A stretch of 63,300 bases of DNA, counting the filler, from Sphacelaria rigidula (lineage: Eukaryota): NCBI GenBank assembly GCA_964200075.2. It is 9 parts of 9 records of this genome, joined end to end, with 100 filler letters (N's around TTAATTAATTAA, not from the genome) between each part and the next. Parts side by side here need not be neighbours in the genome. Positions count along the whole stretch, not along the records: positions 35,225 to 42,168 come from CAXNAA020017279.1; positions 42,269 to 49,212 come from CAXNAA020017280.1; positions 49,313 to 56,256 come from CAXNAA020017281.1; 6 more parts are not named here. One strand, written 5' to 3'. The translations under genes were made by a program, and so were the position numbers. The first letter of the stretch is position 1. Every line of letters starts with the position of its first letter. Positions 39,101 through 51,007 of the stretch are shown here, in pieces. The notes below the pieces were generated by a model. That model saw only the letters and a list, made by a program, of their open reading frames with translations, did not search any database and had not been told where the DNA came from.

Positions 39101-40053
39101 GATCGCCATCACGCTAACAGTTCGTTAGGATCGATGACAGACTCATGCAAACATTGTTCCTCATATCAACTTCCTGACTCAGGAAGTCAACCGCGTGATG
39201 CGCGCAATGGAGGACGACACGAATGCTCGAGATTATGCAGGGGGCAACGTAGAGGGGCGCTGTGCGCGCGCACTGGCAAAGCGCTGTATTGTACTCACCA
39301 AGGAGAACAAGGTGAAGAGACAAGACTTTTCATTCAGTCAACGTGAAGTTTTCTTTGTGTCTGAAGGGCATGCATTTTTCATTACTCGGAGTCTTGCCAT
39401 GAATTCGGTTCTTTGACGGGCGCTAACATGACACACACATCACCACAGATCAATCGGTGTTTGCTCTTCTCGGTGGCAGCTCACTTCGTGTAGACATACA
39501 TTGCAAGTGATGAGGAGTTGCACGCTACATCGATTTGCTGCGGCTGATACTTGACGATCACGCTGCTCGTCTTGCTGATATTCCAGCAGACTCTACGCGG
39601 AATAGCGCATGATGCGTCACACGAACGCTGGCAGTCGGCTGTGCTAAAGGCGAGTGGATTAATCAGTGTAGAACATGTAACCTCAAGCCGTAAAAACGTG
39701 TTTCGAGGCTTCCAACGCATCGCGATGCCACCTTCGCAATGTTCCAGAATTTTTTCAATCAGGAGACCATATGCCTCCGGTCAAGGCGCTGGAGGCATTT
39801 CGTGACCATAGAACATTACCGTCGACGCCAACACTGTGCACTACATCCTGGCACTCCTTGAGTTGCGGTGCCCACGTGGTGACACAGTCCTGTCCGCAAC
39901 CTTACAAGAAGGAAGAATACGTGACTTCATCTACCGCTCGTGCGTTTCGTTTGCGTGCGTCTCATAATGGTTCAGGCGGAGATGGAAAAGATGAAAAAGA
40001 CGCATCTCGTCCAGGCTACATACGTACGCAAGATGCAAGCATTGCCCGGCAAG
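36117..40053 (+). CDS. Multi-exon gene: beta-rich (possibly C2-like) region then coiled coil; possibly CCDC33-like
   Basis: Exons 36117-36305, 36511-36680, 36950-37073, 37246-~37431, ~38242-38364, 38685-38831, 39183-39311, 39590-39649 and 39976-40053, with AG acceptors and compatible phases where both ends are clear. Heptad text LAEEVQALRNQADDKQKIVNRLSEEVDKRSDAIRRCGAEILKLRRQVE. The family name is recalled resemblance only. Confidence 0.65.
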
Positions 40054-42168
40054 GTACGCATCCTGTGTTAACTACCATAATACATCGTGGCAAACGTTTA
40101 ATGCTCGGAATGCCCCGCTCATGGCTCTGGCAACCTTTTGGTTCTCTTGCGTGGCACGGGGACTGTGTGGGACTTTGGCATGAAAGCGCATGCAAGTGGT
40201 TCGACAACTCATAGATCATGCGGCATGAAGTTAGGGCATGTTGTGCGTTTTTTCTCGCGGTCGCACACGCGACGGGAATACCGGGAGCACTATACCAGGG
40301 ACAGGCCGTCAGAATATGTAGCGGCTGGAGACCTATACAGAGCGCGCAACAGACGCTCCTCCACCGGAGATTAAACATCAGGTTGCCTCAGTTCGTGCCA
40401 CCAGTTCAAGGAGATCTTCACAAAGAAAGTTCAACGTCAAGGAATGTCCATACCGAGGGATTCGGCCGTAGGGTTGCTGATGCACCGGGAAAAAATCTTG
40501 AATATATACAAGGGGAATTAACGCTGATCTCGTGAAGAACCTGTTATTTGAATATTGCTGCCCTAGCAGGTGTCGGCTTACAAGTCCACCATTAGTATGC
40601 AAGAAAGGGTCATCGCTAAGCTGGAGGCGCTGATGGGGTGAGCAATCCGATTCAGATGCACCGAGGCCACACGTCTTGGGCATTTAAGGGGTACTCTTGA
40701 ACTAATGTGCGACGACCAACCAACCAATCAATGAATCAACCAGACCTGAGAGGTATTTTCCATGGTTTCGAGCACAATTCCCTTTTTTGCCCTTGAATTA
40801 CGCCAGCTGTGCTATGTTTTTTTATACCATGCTCATTTTTTGCCATGCTCGCCGTACCATAACGTCACTGCACGCGTATGCTGTCTGATACTCTACCTAT
40901 TTAGAAATCGCACCTTCGGCAAAGATCAGGGGTCCGATGGGCAACTCGCGAGTGACCTGAGTGGGAAGTCAAAAGGGCCAGAGGTAATACTACTTTGTGT
41001 CTGTAAAAGGTGAAAGGTGTACAAGCCCTGACTTTGTAGGGCCGTTGAAGATCAGGGGGCTTCCCCGGCTTTGTGTATTTTACAAAACGCCCGAAGTCTA
41101 GCAGAAAAACTGAGCCATTCCCCCCTGCTACGTACGTGGGGAGTCATTCCAAATCCGCCTACCGTAGATTTCCCTGTTGGAATTGCGACACAAAATGCGA
41201 GAATGGCCCCCGTTCGACACAAGGCGGCTGTCACGTGAGGATAAGGAGACTCTGGTGGTTCGATTTGGGCAGGTGTTTCGCACTTCCGTCATTGAATCGT
41301 GCCATGTAAAGTGAAAAGTATCGTCATTCTTCAAAATCGAAGCATGTATACTTGACATCGTCGAAGCGACTCCAACTATTTCGAGAAAAGAATGCTGGCG
41401 TTTCACCTCGTGTCATGTCACCGCAATACAGTGTGGCAAAGAGCTAGCTTTGTTTTAGGGCTCGCGACCTAGTCAGGTACCAAAACTACCGTTTGTAATG
41501 ACGAGGCGAAGGGCAGAAAATGACGCCGATCATCTCTACATGGGCTTGGGCAGACGCTAAAACGGGAGGATTTTTCCTGAGGAACGTGGTCGAGCCCTTC
41601 CGGTTACCATTGAAAGAGTTCGGTGCAAAATATTAAGCAGATCACCAGGGGTGGTATATCTTTCCGTTTCGGCACCACACGAACATGTTTATATGAGACG
41701 AAATTGACGGGGGGGCGTGGGCGGGGGGTATTTCCTAAGCCCAAGAAACTAGGCTGCTGGACGTGGTAAGACTTCTGAAAATGAAGTTGGTTCACGTCTT
41801 GAAAGTAAGTTTCTGAAGTCGCGGCAAGGATTTACAATACTCTCGAGATTTTGGTACGAGTTGGTCGCGAGTCAGAAAGGTCGATATGATGGGGCGATAA
41901 AAAAAAACACCAGTGACGCGGCTGAGTGTTGAGTCTCCAGGAGACCGCGCCGCACCCTACAGGGGAAGTGTGGCAGAAGATTAGCACACTTCAGCAGTCG
42001 TTTGTGTGCAGTGGAACACCGCTGCAGCTGTTGAGTGGCTTGCGTAGTCCTTTGAAATGCTTTGAGAGTGTTTTTGGACAATGTGTAATTTTTTCCTTGA
42101 GGTCAAAAACTGGGAGGGGGGACGGGGAAACAACTGAATGTATCAACCCTCGCAAGTCGACAAAAAAG

Positions 42169-42268
42169 NNNNNNNNNNNNNNNNNNNNNNNNNNNNNNNN
42201 NNNNNNNNNNNNTTAATTAATTAANNNNNNNNNNNNNNNNNNNNNNNNNNNNNNNNNNNNNNNNNNNN
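42169..42268. other. Artificial contig spacer
   Basis: N44-TTAATTAATTAA-N44. Confidence 0.99.
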
Positions 42269-43340
42269 AGTTCCACGCGATAAAATAAAAAAAACGACAC
42301 TTTTTTCCCCTCGGAAAGGGACAAAAAACGGCCATTTTTGGGCCGACTACTTTTTTGCAGCCGTTCGGCGGCATGGTTCAAGCACGAGCTGCAAATTTGA
42401 AACACATCTTCTCAACCCAAAAAACACCGTGGAGTTCATAAAAAAAAAAAGATCGGGCATCGTTTAGGGCCCGCACAAATTCAGATACCTTTACTTATGG
42501 GACAGAGGAAGCATGTACGTATGATCCCAACGACTTAGAGATCCCGTCCATACTGATAGAGATGCCTCCCGATGTTTGTTTCAGCTGTTCTCTCGGACGG
42601 CGACGAGGTGATTATCGAAAGAAGCATCAGTGTCATCACGTTCGGTTGGCCTCAGCGACGTGCATACGTGATTTAATGACAATGAAGTCAGACGCCGAAT
42701 GTGTTGAGTATACTTCACAACACATCCCCTAGCTGCCGCTGTCAGGCCGTGATCGGTGTGCTCGCCTATTATAGTGTTCAATGATTGGAGTGCTCGAATG
42801 ACCGATCAGAGCGCGCGGTGCATTCCAAGGGGTACCCGTACTGTTGCAGGAAGGCTTCTCTTTGTGTCGCCTTCGCCGGTGGTTGTGTGGGTGTTTACCC
42901 CGCAGCCCGTTTTCGGTCTATCTCCCCGGCACCAACCTGCATCAACGGAAGGGTGTTTTTCGTCGCAAGTCAGTCCCCTTATTCAGCCTAGTCCCACGAG
43001 TCCGTTGACTTCACTTTGTCTGGTGTTGAGATGTTGTTGAGCTTAATGTGCTTTCGAAACTAGTTGCCTTCAAAGTGGAACCAATAACTGCTGGGTTCTA
43101 GTGTGATCTGTTCGAAAAAACTTGCGGGTGCCCAACAGTCGAACTTCTCCCTCGTCGGGGACAGGGCGGGATCTGGTTGAGATTTCGTCTGAGTGCACCA
43201 CTTGGCCAGACTCGTTGTGCTCTTTTCAAATTACTTGCATGGCTCAAGATATATGTTCCTCTACTTCTGGAGTGTTCAGTGACCCAAGAGAAGGTCCATC
43301 ATTTTCACACCCGCGCCCACCCCGGACACAAAAAACACAG

Positions 43341-44905
43341 GCCGCGGGGAACACGGACACCCCCGTTGCAGCGGAGGCGGGGGAAGGGGCGGCGGCAGAA
43401 AAGGCGATCGACGAGTTGTGTGGAATGTTTTCGCGATTGGTTCTTGGCCCCGCGGAGGCGGCGGCGGCGGCAGCTACGATAGCAGTCAACGAGGTCTGTG
43501 GGCTGTACTCGCGGGTGACCCTTGGCCCCACGGAGGCGTCGGTGGCTGGGGTCGACGTTGATGCAATGCGCCGGACACTGCGCCGGAGTCGCGCTGCAGC
43601 CAGAACGAAAGCAGCTAAAGAGCAAGAGTGCCCGGCAATGGCTGAGGAGAAGGCGGCGGCAGCGGGGGGAAACTGCAGCGCCGGTGGCGGACGGAAGCGA
43701 AGGAGGTTCCAAGAGCTCGAGAATCCTCCTCAGGCAAGTGCAGCAGCTGCAGGAGAGACGTAATGCATTTCGATGAGGAAGGTTGAATGGGCTATTTTCC
43801 GCGAACCTCATTTCTGTGAGATAATACTTAGTCTCCAAGCAACTCCGCAGCTCGGTCGATGTGCTTCAATAATTGACATCGTATGACTTCGACTTCGTTG
43901 ACTCGCGGCAAACCCTTGCCAATGTATCAAAACAGTATAAATCCTTTCTCGGCGTCCAGGAACAGACTCTCAGCACTTCAGTCAAGGCGATTCGATGTAG
44001 AAGTTCGAAGACGACTAGCAGTTTGATTAGTTGGATTTAAAGTACCCGTCGCTCCTCTCTCTCCTACGCCCTCTTTTTGGCTGGACCAGATATCGAGGAT
44101 GTGGTACCTTTTTTTGGCTTGGATACAGTACCCTTGTTGGAATGAACCCATGATTCTGTCGTGGATGCCAGTATGATGTGGTGAAGCTCGATTCATTGGT
44201 GGATCAACGGAAGACCATTAGTTCCCAAAATACTTTAAATGCAATCGAAATGACTACGGCAGGACGGCGTGCCAGTGTGGTGCTATGTACCATACTGTGT
44301 AACTGTGGAATTTTTTTTTGCTGTGTGTCTTGGTCGTTGGATATTTCCTATGAGCGACGTGTGTAGAATATATAGATGGTACGTGGAATGTCGCAAATGT
44401 GTTGTAGTGTTGGTTAGTTCAGGGCCCTTTGTGCGTACGGGGTTCCGTGGTGATGGCAATGCAGTCACGATTCACGGCATACAGACCTTATCTCTCCCAT
44501 ATCTGCGTATTTTGCTGCTGTTACGCTCCGTTCTGCGTTCAGGCTGGTCAACAAGCAATGGCAGCGCACCCCGCCCAAGCGCCAGCACAAGTACAGCCGT
44601 CAGGGCTATACCTCGGGGTGGGCGGCTGGAATGCCGGAGGAGGAGCCTGGCCCGGCGCGGGTTTCCCCGGCGGGGGTGAAGGAGGAGGGGGGGCTGGCAG
44701 CGTACAACCGTCTCCGTTCCCCGTGGCCGCTCCCTCACAAAGCCACTCCCCGGCACAGGCGCAGCCATCGCCATTCCACTTCGGCGTGGGCGGCGGAGTC
44801 GGACCCGGCGTGGGCTTTACGGGCCGGAGAGGATGGGAAGGCAAACACGGAAGGGAGAGAGACAAAGGAGAGAAGGAGCGTGGAAACGCGAAGAAGGTTA
44901 GAACA
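43341..44905 (+). CDS. Possible two-exon fragment of an Ala/Gly/Pro-rich protein (host gene or transposon ORF)
   Basis: GC-rich open segments 43341-43733 (CAG acceptor, AG|GCAAGT donor, or read-through to a stop at 43763) and 44543-44905 (CAG acceptor, GTGAGT donor), both phase 0. Confidence 0.45.
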
Positions 44906-46103
44906 GTGAGTCGTGTAGTGTTCTGTTTGTTTGTTGTTAACATGATACTTCTGGTGACTGGAAGCAAGTAAATGTTGTGGAATGGCACAACCATGAGTAG
45001 CACGCAGGGTTCGTGCCGTCCTGGGAGTTTGTACATACAATGGCAGTGCGGCAGTAGGTGATGGTAGCCGTTTTGCATGTGATGCGGAGACGTAAGGTGG
45101 ACCCCACCTCAGTTTCAGCGTAGGGTTTTGGATTGAGTGTGTACGCAAGACTTTTCTCCCCACTCCTGCAAGATATCTGCTATAGGTTCATTAGCCTGCG
45201 ACATAGCTGCAGACCGAAAAATGGGTAAGACTTTGGTGTTATCACGACTGCGGTAGTGAGCTTGTGGCATAAATTGAAGGGGTGTGTGACCAGTATCATC
45301 GCCGTCATGCTTTCGCAGGAGCACGCCATTTCATACTTGAATTTTCAGTGCATGCATGTATCTCAATATACCCCATATCCCTCTTGACCATCATCCGTCG
45401 AGCAGGGCCGCTGGGCGTAAGACGGGAGAGGATGACGATTTCGGCGGCGGTGGTAAATTGATATCCCAGGGCTACGTGTTGGGGGGGGTTGCATGGTATA
45501 TTATGAGGGGTGGGAGGGACGGGGGGAGGGCATGAAGTGTTGAGCTTCTAAACGTATATTTTCATTACATGGGCTTCGCTACCGTCTTTGTCATTCTTGC
45601 TCCGAGTGGTATACCTCTAGACTGGCATGTGGCTAGACTGGACCTGTCTTGGTGACGATGGCTTGACCAACGAGACTTAATCGCACGGGATGGATCGAGC
45701 AAAGACGGGACTGAGTAGCTTTTTTCGTTTTCTCCGAGTAGTACGTTCCTAGGCTGGACTGCCTCAGTCGTGGCGACGATGGCTCGAGCCACGTGACTTG
45801 ATTACACATGGTGGGTAAACCGAGTACGGGAGTGAGTACTTTCATGCATTCACTACTAATATACAGTAGCGCGGTAGGTTCTAGGTTGAGACGTAGTACA
45901 CTGTTGCCGTCTTGTAGGGGATGGGGTAGCCGGCGTGACTTGGTAGCACAGGTGGGGGTGGTGGGTGAATCGTGTGCTTCCAGTTCGGGCTGGTATGCCA
46001 AGGACGGTATGGGAGGGCTCGATATTATGAAACCATGGCACGATTGTGTCATTTCTCAATCGACCATCTCATTGTTGCCCAGGTGTAGCTTCAGTGCTGG
46101 GGG

Positions 46104-46173
46104 CGTACTCATTTGTTGCTTGCCTTAGTCGTTTGACCATTGACCACGCATCCCTTTCGAGTCGAAGCACCGT
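46104..46173. mobile_element. Short G-run-anchored element, family D, with 15-bp flanking direct repeat
   Basis: cgtactcatttgttgcttgccttagtcgtttgaccattgaccacgcatccctttcgag; flanks cttcagtgctggggg at 46089-46103 and 46174-46188. Other copies at 35225-35287, 52068-52230, 54449-54625 and 60310-60533. Confidence 0.8.
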
Positions 46174-47994
46174 CTTCAGTGCTGGGGGGGGGGAGGGAGC
46201 AGTGCAACGGAAAGCGTGTGCGTCTAGGCTGGAGATAAAGTATGATCAGCCCCCTGGCGGTGACTTTAGCGGTCTATTGTTTTATGCAATCACCATCGTT
46301 CCTTAGAGCTACTCCATTTTGTTACGTTGCGCTGAGTCTAGGCCATGGTGCGCGAGTTGTGTATTTTGTACAGTATTGTAATCAGTAGTGGTAAAATAGG
46401 ACGATTGCTCCTCAGCACTGGAAATGCGGAGCGGTTGATATGTTGTAAAGTTTTTTTTTCCATCTCGCTGGAGCCACTGTAATGTGGGTGGGCGCGAAGA
46501 CTTCGTTACTTGTGTATAGCGAGGACGTAGGTGCAGGATGTTTTCCGTCATTATGGAGGCACAGCGTGTCGGGTTCGACCCAGTATCGGGGCATATGATA
46601 CCTGCATGCGGCGACCTTTCACCTCGCGAGCACCCCCTTCCCATGTGGACCCTGTAGTAAAGAGGCCTTGAGAGGCTGAAATATTTTGGGCGGGCTCAAC
46701 TAGGGTGTCCTCCGTAATTGGAGAGGGTGCCTCGCTATCATGTTCTGTGTGCAATTCAGCGTGTCGGGTCCTTGCAGCATATTTCAAATCATGTACTGAG
46801 TTTAGTAGCTTTTGTAGGTGACAACGTATACACGTCGGAGCATGAGAGTAAATCGGGGGCGTAATGCCCTGAGTAACGTGAACGACGCAGTCGAAGGTGA
46901 TGGATCATAGTGAAGTACCGCCGCGACGACTGTTGCTCGTGTCGTACGCTAGGACCAGGTGTAGCGGCCTTTGAACGATGCTTCGCTGACACTTCATCGT
47001 GATCGGGATAGAGTGTCTTCTATTAGCTGGGGAAATTTAGACGTTTGTAGATCCCAGCATGTGTTTCCTGTGTGCGTCGAGTCATGCTTCCATAATTCGA
47101 CGTGCGTGTTCAGCTTGTTCTACCAGCCCTACCGTGGAAGTTACATTTACAGCGGGGGGGAAATCAAGGGGAGAATGGGTGATGACCAAGTTGAACCGAC
47201 GCTCCATTTCTTGGATAATAGAGACTGCGTCAAGTGACAGCTTACAGCAAGATACGGGTATCGATGATCAAAACCTATACTCGCAGGCTCCTCGCCGATA
47301 CTTTGTTCATCTGCTACTTTGCTGTTTTTGTCACCGCAAAAAGAACGAAACGACTCGTTCTCTATTGTTCTGATATGGGTTTTCGCGCGCAGTGCATGGT
47401 GCTCTCAACCCAAAAGTCGAGCAATGCTACGATAGGAGTGCACTTTTCGCGCGAAATGTTGTCTGGTTCAGGGGCTCCCAACGATTCTGGAAGCACAACA
47501 ATATGGGTCAGGGCATCTCCGTTTACAAATTCGTTCGGGACATGTCCAGCACATTGGAACAGTAACCCTGGCGTACTCTCACATGTTTCATAAGTCGTGT
47601 TTTGGATTAGATAAAGGGTTCCTCACAATTTCAATCCCGGGAAGAGAATGTGCACCCCTACCGTAGCATCACTCCGTCGCAGATGGAAAGGTCGGCCTCG
47701 GAAACCCCACGACAAGAATTTGTATTTTATATGTGATGATGAAAGGCTCCGACGGGTGGGCCATCACCCCGCCAAAAAGAAAACCAAAGGGCCATTCAGA
47801 ACATGAAAGTGATCTCCGCCACTTGACCACATCCTTCTGTACTTTTTTGTAACATTGAGAGTGAATAACCCCAACACTTTTCGAACCAACCAGCGAAGTG
47901 AGCCGTATCGTACCTTTTACTCGACATTACCTGCTTGAAGGTGACAAGGAATTTTTTACTACCGCCTCTTTGCCAACTGACTGGCAGCAGTGCG

Positions 47995-48583
47995 TGCTGT
48001 GTGTGTGCTATCGTCCCATCTACGTCTACACCTTTCGGTATATGTGGGCGCACCAGCCGGGATCACACTGGAGGAAAACCAACACAGGAGTTTTTTTTAT
48101 TCGTTTTAGTCCTCCATCTTTCTTCTGCGATGCTTGCCTCTATTTTAATAGCGAAGGGGGTTTAACAATCTGTGACGCCAGCCAGTGGAAGCACTGTTGG
48201 ATCACTGCTGTTGAGGGACTCCCAAGTCCTACTGGCCTTCGTTTCAGTTGTCAGCCTTAACAATATTCTCATTATTCACGGGGCACCAACTTTCTAGACA
48301 TGCAGATACCATCTCCGTGTCCCCGGTCATTATCCAGAACCCTCCAGAATCTCCGTGCCCCTAGTCATTATCCATATCATCACTACTAACTCAACGTACG
48401 GCGTATTTTCGTCATAAATCCCTTTCCCTCGTCGACCTGTTAGTCGAATTTTGTGTACCCACGACATAGTGACTCTCTGCTGTTGGGCATTGTGTGAGAA
48501 AAAATCCCACATCGCTCCGAGTTTTGGACCCACGACCCAACCGTCAGAGGGTTTCGAGGTTACCAACTGAGCCACCGGGGCGA
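47995..48583 (-). mobile_element. tRNA-headed SINE family B, interrupted by ~260 bp of unrelated sequence
   Basis: Head 48583-48420 and 3' part ~48160-47995 (cccacatataccgaaaggtgtagac + CA tail) match the uninterrupted copy at 52240-52713. Confidence 0.75.
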
Positions 48584-48867
48584 CCGTAGTGACGATAAAA
48601 GCGTACTACGCGACAGGATACTCACGGAAAGCAGTCCGCAGTGCTGCGCATATGAATCTCGGATAGGGGTTGATCGTGGATGGGTTGATTATCGCACATG
48701 AGCTCGTTCGCCACGAATTCAGCCGTGGCCAGACGATGGACACACCCATGCTTGGGGATAATAGTAGGGAACACTCCTTCAGAAGACTTTCCACAAGTCC
48801 AACGACTATGACTCGGGGTCGTGAGGCTTATAGTTGTTGAATTAGCCCTCACAATGTTTCTTACTTA

Positions 48868-49152
48868 ATCGTAGGATTCGGCTTTGAGTCGTCGTGGTTA
48901 CCAGATTTAGTCGTCGGGGTCAACCCCTCTTGATCATTGTCACTCCCGGATTTGATCGTAGGGGTCAACTCTCAGCAGTCGCCGTGTCTGAATACAGTCG
49001 TCCGAGTCGACGCTAAGTCCTCTTCATTTTCCGTGACTTGTCGTAGGGGTCGACGCTGAGTCGTGGTCATTTTCCGAGTTTAGTCGTAAGGGTCGACTCT
49101 CAGTCATCATTCTTTGCCGAGTGTAACCCTGAGAGTCAACTCTCAGGCGTCA
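48868..49152. repeat. Degenerate ~42-45-bp minisatellite (~7 units)
   Basis: Core agtcgtaggggtcgactctcagtc recurs near 48868, 48910, 48955, 48997, 49040, 49082 and 49125. Confidence 0.75.
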
Positions 49153-49212
49153 CCCCCCCCCCCCCCCCCCCCCCACCCCAACCCCACAACCGGCCCACCC
49201 GCCTCAGCCGGC

Positions 49213-49312
49213 NNNNNNNNNNNNNNNNNNNNNNNNNNNNNNNNNNNNNNNNNNNNTTAATTAATTAANNNNNNNNNNNNNNNNNNNNNNNNNNNNNNNN
49301 NNNNNNNNNNNN
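49213..49312. other. Artificial contig spacer
   Basis: N44-TTAATTAATTAA-N44. Confidence 0.99.
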
Positions 49313-49420
49313 TTTGTACTTATTATGTACGTCTCCTGCTATCTCTCCAAACCTACGCTGAATACCGTCCACCCTACTTTTCGATTCTGGGGGCATATAG
49401 ATGTTCCCTATGAAGAGGAC
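49313..49420 (-). mobile_element. LINE APE-type endonuclease fragment
   Basis: VLFIGNIYMPPESKSRVDGIQRRFGEIAGDVHNKYK resembles the hydrophobic-x-Y-x-PP strand and helix preceding GDFN in LINE endonucleases; cut by contig end. Confidence 0.55.
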
Positions 49421-50934
49421 CTCTAGTTTACATGAACACAGCGTCTTCGTGGGATTGATCTCACAAAAACGCTGCTGTGGGTGGAAACGATGTCGAGTGG
49501 TCTGAAGAAAAACAAAGTATCGATCACAAGAGCATTCAAATGGATATTCCTGCTGGCAGGGACGGTTAAAAGTGGCTTCATCGTGCAACAAATGGCTTAT
49601 AATACGGTGTTCCAGCGGGAACGACCAGAATATCCCCCCCAGTGACTGTTCACGCCGTTTCTTCGAGTAAGGCCCTGAAATTTGCACACGGGTGCTCTGA
49701 GACATTCAGAAATGCTGAATGAACGGTGTTTTTCGATTAATAAAGCGGGAAACTTTGAAATATCCTCCGACGATTTCATTTTCCATTCGTAGCACCCATA
49801 TTTGTCATTCTTACAAGTTTGAGGATGATCGGAGCTTTACTCCGAAAATTAGGTACAAGGGAGAAAGTCAAGAGGCCTTCTGGGTCTTCGACGCATATGA
49901 TACGTGGAAATCAGACGACGCCAAAACCCCACATCACCGAAATACCACGTTTAGGGGTATATCTCGATCCCATACAAGCCGTTTTGAAAACTGCTTTTTG
50001 CGTTAGATTCCTCCTCTGAAGGCGGTTACCAAGATCACTTCACCCAAGTCTGGGATGCACGGTTAGAGAGGTTCTGAGGGATTCCATAGCACGTGTAATA
50101 CGTCACGCTCGGTGGATGGAAGTTGGACGGATCTTCCCTCTGAAAGCCAAGATCAGGTAATAATGATGTGGAATCACAGGAGGTTGGGCGGTCAGCCTCG
50201 ACTATCTAGTAAGAAGTATGGAAACCATTCCGGGTAGGGACGCAGATGACATGAAATGAGAGGAGTGTATGATACGAAGATATATCATCGTGATAACCGA
50301 ATTACCCACGTTTGAGCACACCCGTACGGACTCATGGCAAGAGTTTTCTTGCCCTCTCTTCTGCGCGCTGCACTAGGTCAGCTGACACCCAAATAACACT
50401 CAGTACTGACTTGCGCGATTGATGTGCTTTTCGACGTTCGACCACAAGATCGCAGAGTCCCGGGATCTCCATGCAATCAGGTTGGCCACATTTGTTCAAG
50501 AAACATCAAGACCACTCAGCAGATGTTCAGTCAGAACATAGCTACTACACTAGCATAGGAGCGGCACTGTTGAAGGACACACAACCAACAGCTGCCCAAG
50601 GGGGAGTGGGGCACAAAAAATATTATACTTGTTTAGGTCTGTTGACATGTTGCATTTTTGAGATTTGTTGAGCAATGCTACGGTACGGATGCACTTTTTC
50701 GTTACTGGTGTACTTTCATGTGGGGGAAAGAACACACCAGCCAGACAGCTTGTTTATTTTCAGACAATGAACACAACTCTACACTACTGAGTGAGGCGTA
50801 CATTGATTGGATTGGTTGCTCCCACGTTTTGAAGAACAAGGGAGATATTCGGTGACTGCTATTACGTGAATATTGTCGGGCTTCTGCCTACTCGCACACA
50901 CTTTGAATATCTGGCGTACGACGGCGGCACTACC

Positions 50935-51007
50935 GCTTCTATAGCTCAGCTGGGAGAGCGTAGCACTGAAGTTGCTAAGGTCACTGGTTCGATCCCGGTT
51001 GGAAGCA
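50935..51007 (+). tRNA. trnF-GAA: tRNA-Phe (GAA), intronless
   Basis: Cloverleaf GCTTCTA/TGGAAGC, GCTC/GAGC, TAGCA-CTGAAGT-TGCTA, ACTGG-TTCGATC-CCGGT; discriminator A; 73 nt; TTTT just downstream; no encoded CCA. Confidence 0.93.

Noticed and set aside
28855..40053. Dynein-2 beside a coiled-coil gene as a ciliary gene cluster
   Set aside because: They are on different contigs separated by a spacer.
45000..46920. Possible decayed retroelement coding sequence, including a chromodomain-like YRVH-WEG...WVEP trace on the minus strand
   Set aside because: Needs several frameshifts to read and no RT or integrase motif is visible; cannot be supported without a translated search.
48868..49152. CRISPR-like array
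   Set aside because: Eukaryotic context, degenerate repeats, inter-core segments similar to each other, no cas genes.
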